Shown one piece after another: positions 15,367 to 15,455 of a DNA stretch of 15,455 nucleotides. Position 1 is the stretch's first letter; each line of letters opens with the position of its first letter. This DNA comes from Bdellovibrionales bacterium (GTDB lineage Bacteria > Bdellovibrionota > Bdellovibrionia > Bdellovibrionales > JAMPXM01), in the NCBI GenBank assembly GCA_043739185.1, contig JAYUEN010000223.1, positions 1-15,455 of the forward strand, given 5' to 3'. Made by a program: the position numbers and the translations under genes. The notes below the pieces were generated by a model that saw only the letters and a program-made list of their open reading frames with translations, ran no database searches and had not been told where the DNA came from.

Positions 15367-15455
15367 CTACGGTTGACTAAGGTTATGAAAATCTATACGG
15401 TTTGCAAATGGCTAGACCGACTTACCCCAAGACATTGTTGGAATTTGTGGCAAGA
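15367..15455 (+). mobile_element. Left end of a probable IS1595-family insertion sequence (partial)
   Basis: CTACGGTTGACTAAGGTTAT resembles IS1595/ISSod11-type termini from memory and is followed by a transposase-like start. The exact boundary is approximate. Confidence 0.5.
15408..15455 (+). CDS. IS1595-family transposase, N-terminal 16 aa (truncated by the window edge)
   Basis: Hand translation MARPTYPKTLLEFVAR matches the YPxTLxEFxxRF pattern that precedes the IS1595 zinc ribbon. Very short evidence. Confidence 0.55.
   Translation, partial: MARPTYPKTLLEFVAR

Noticed and set aside
1..15455. CRISPR array or rRNA
   Set aside because: No regularly spaced 25-45 bp repeats and no rRNA-like sequence were seen.

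Overview
Most of the window (about 1.0-14.3 kb) is the core and right end of a compact integrative conjugative element (ICE), with all of its genes on the + strand. In order these are: a tandem sigma-70 region-4 regulator, a very acidic small protein, a reduced type IV secretion cluster (VirB2, B3, B4, B5, B6, B8, B9 and B10-like), an FtsK/SpoIIIE ATPase where a VirD4 coupling protein would normally sit, a PD-(D/E)xK MOB_C/Replic_Relax-like relaxase, a TraV-like lipoprotein, an RHH+PIN toxin-antitoxin pair, and xis-int (tyrosine recombinase). The element ends at a tRNA-Ser-like 3' fragment (attR, 14305-14318). The left end and the intact tRNA are not visible. A divergent SWIB-domain gene lies at the left. 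To the right of attR are a branched palindrome with perfect 37-bp arms, a decaying antitoxin/RelE pair, a second tRNA-Ser-like 3' remnant, and a gene cut off by a probable IS1595-family element at the window edge. The host is a diderm bacterium; Bdellovibrionota-like is only my impression. All family calls come from reading motifs and gene order by eye, with no database searches.
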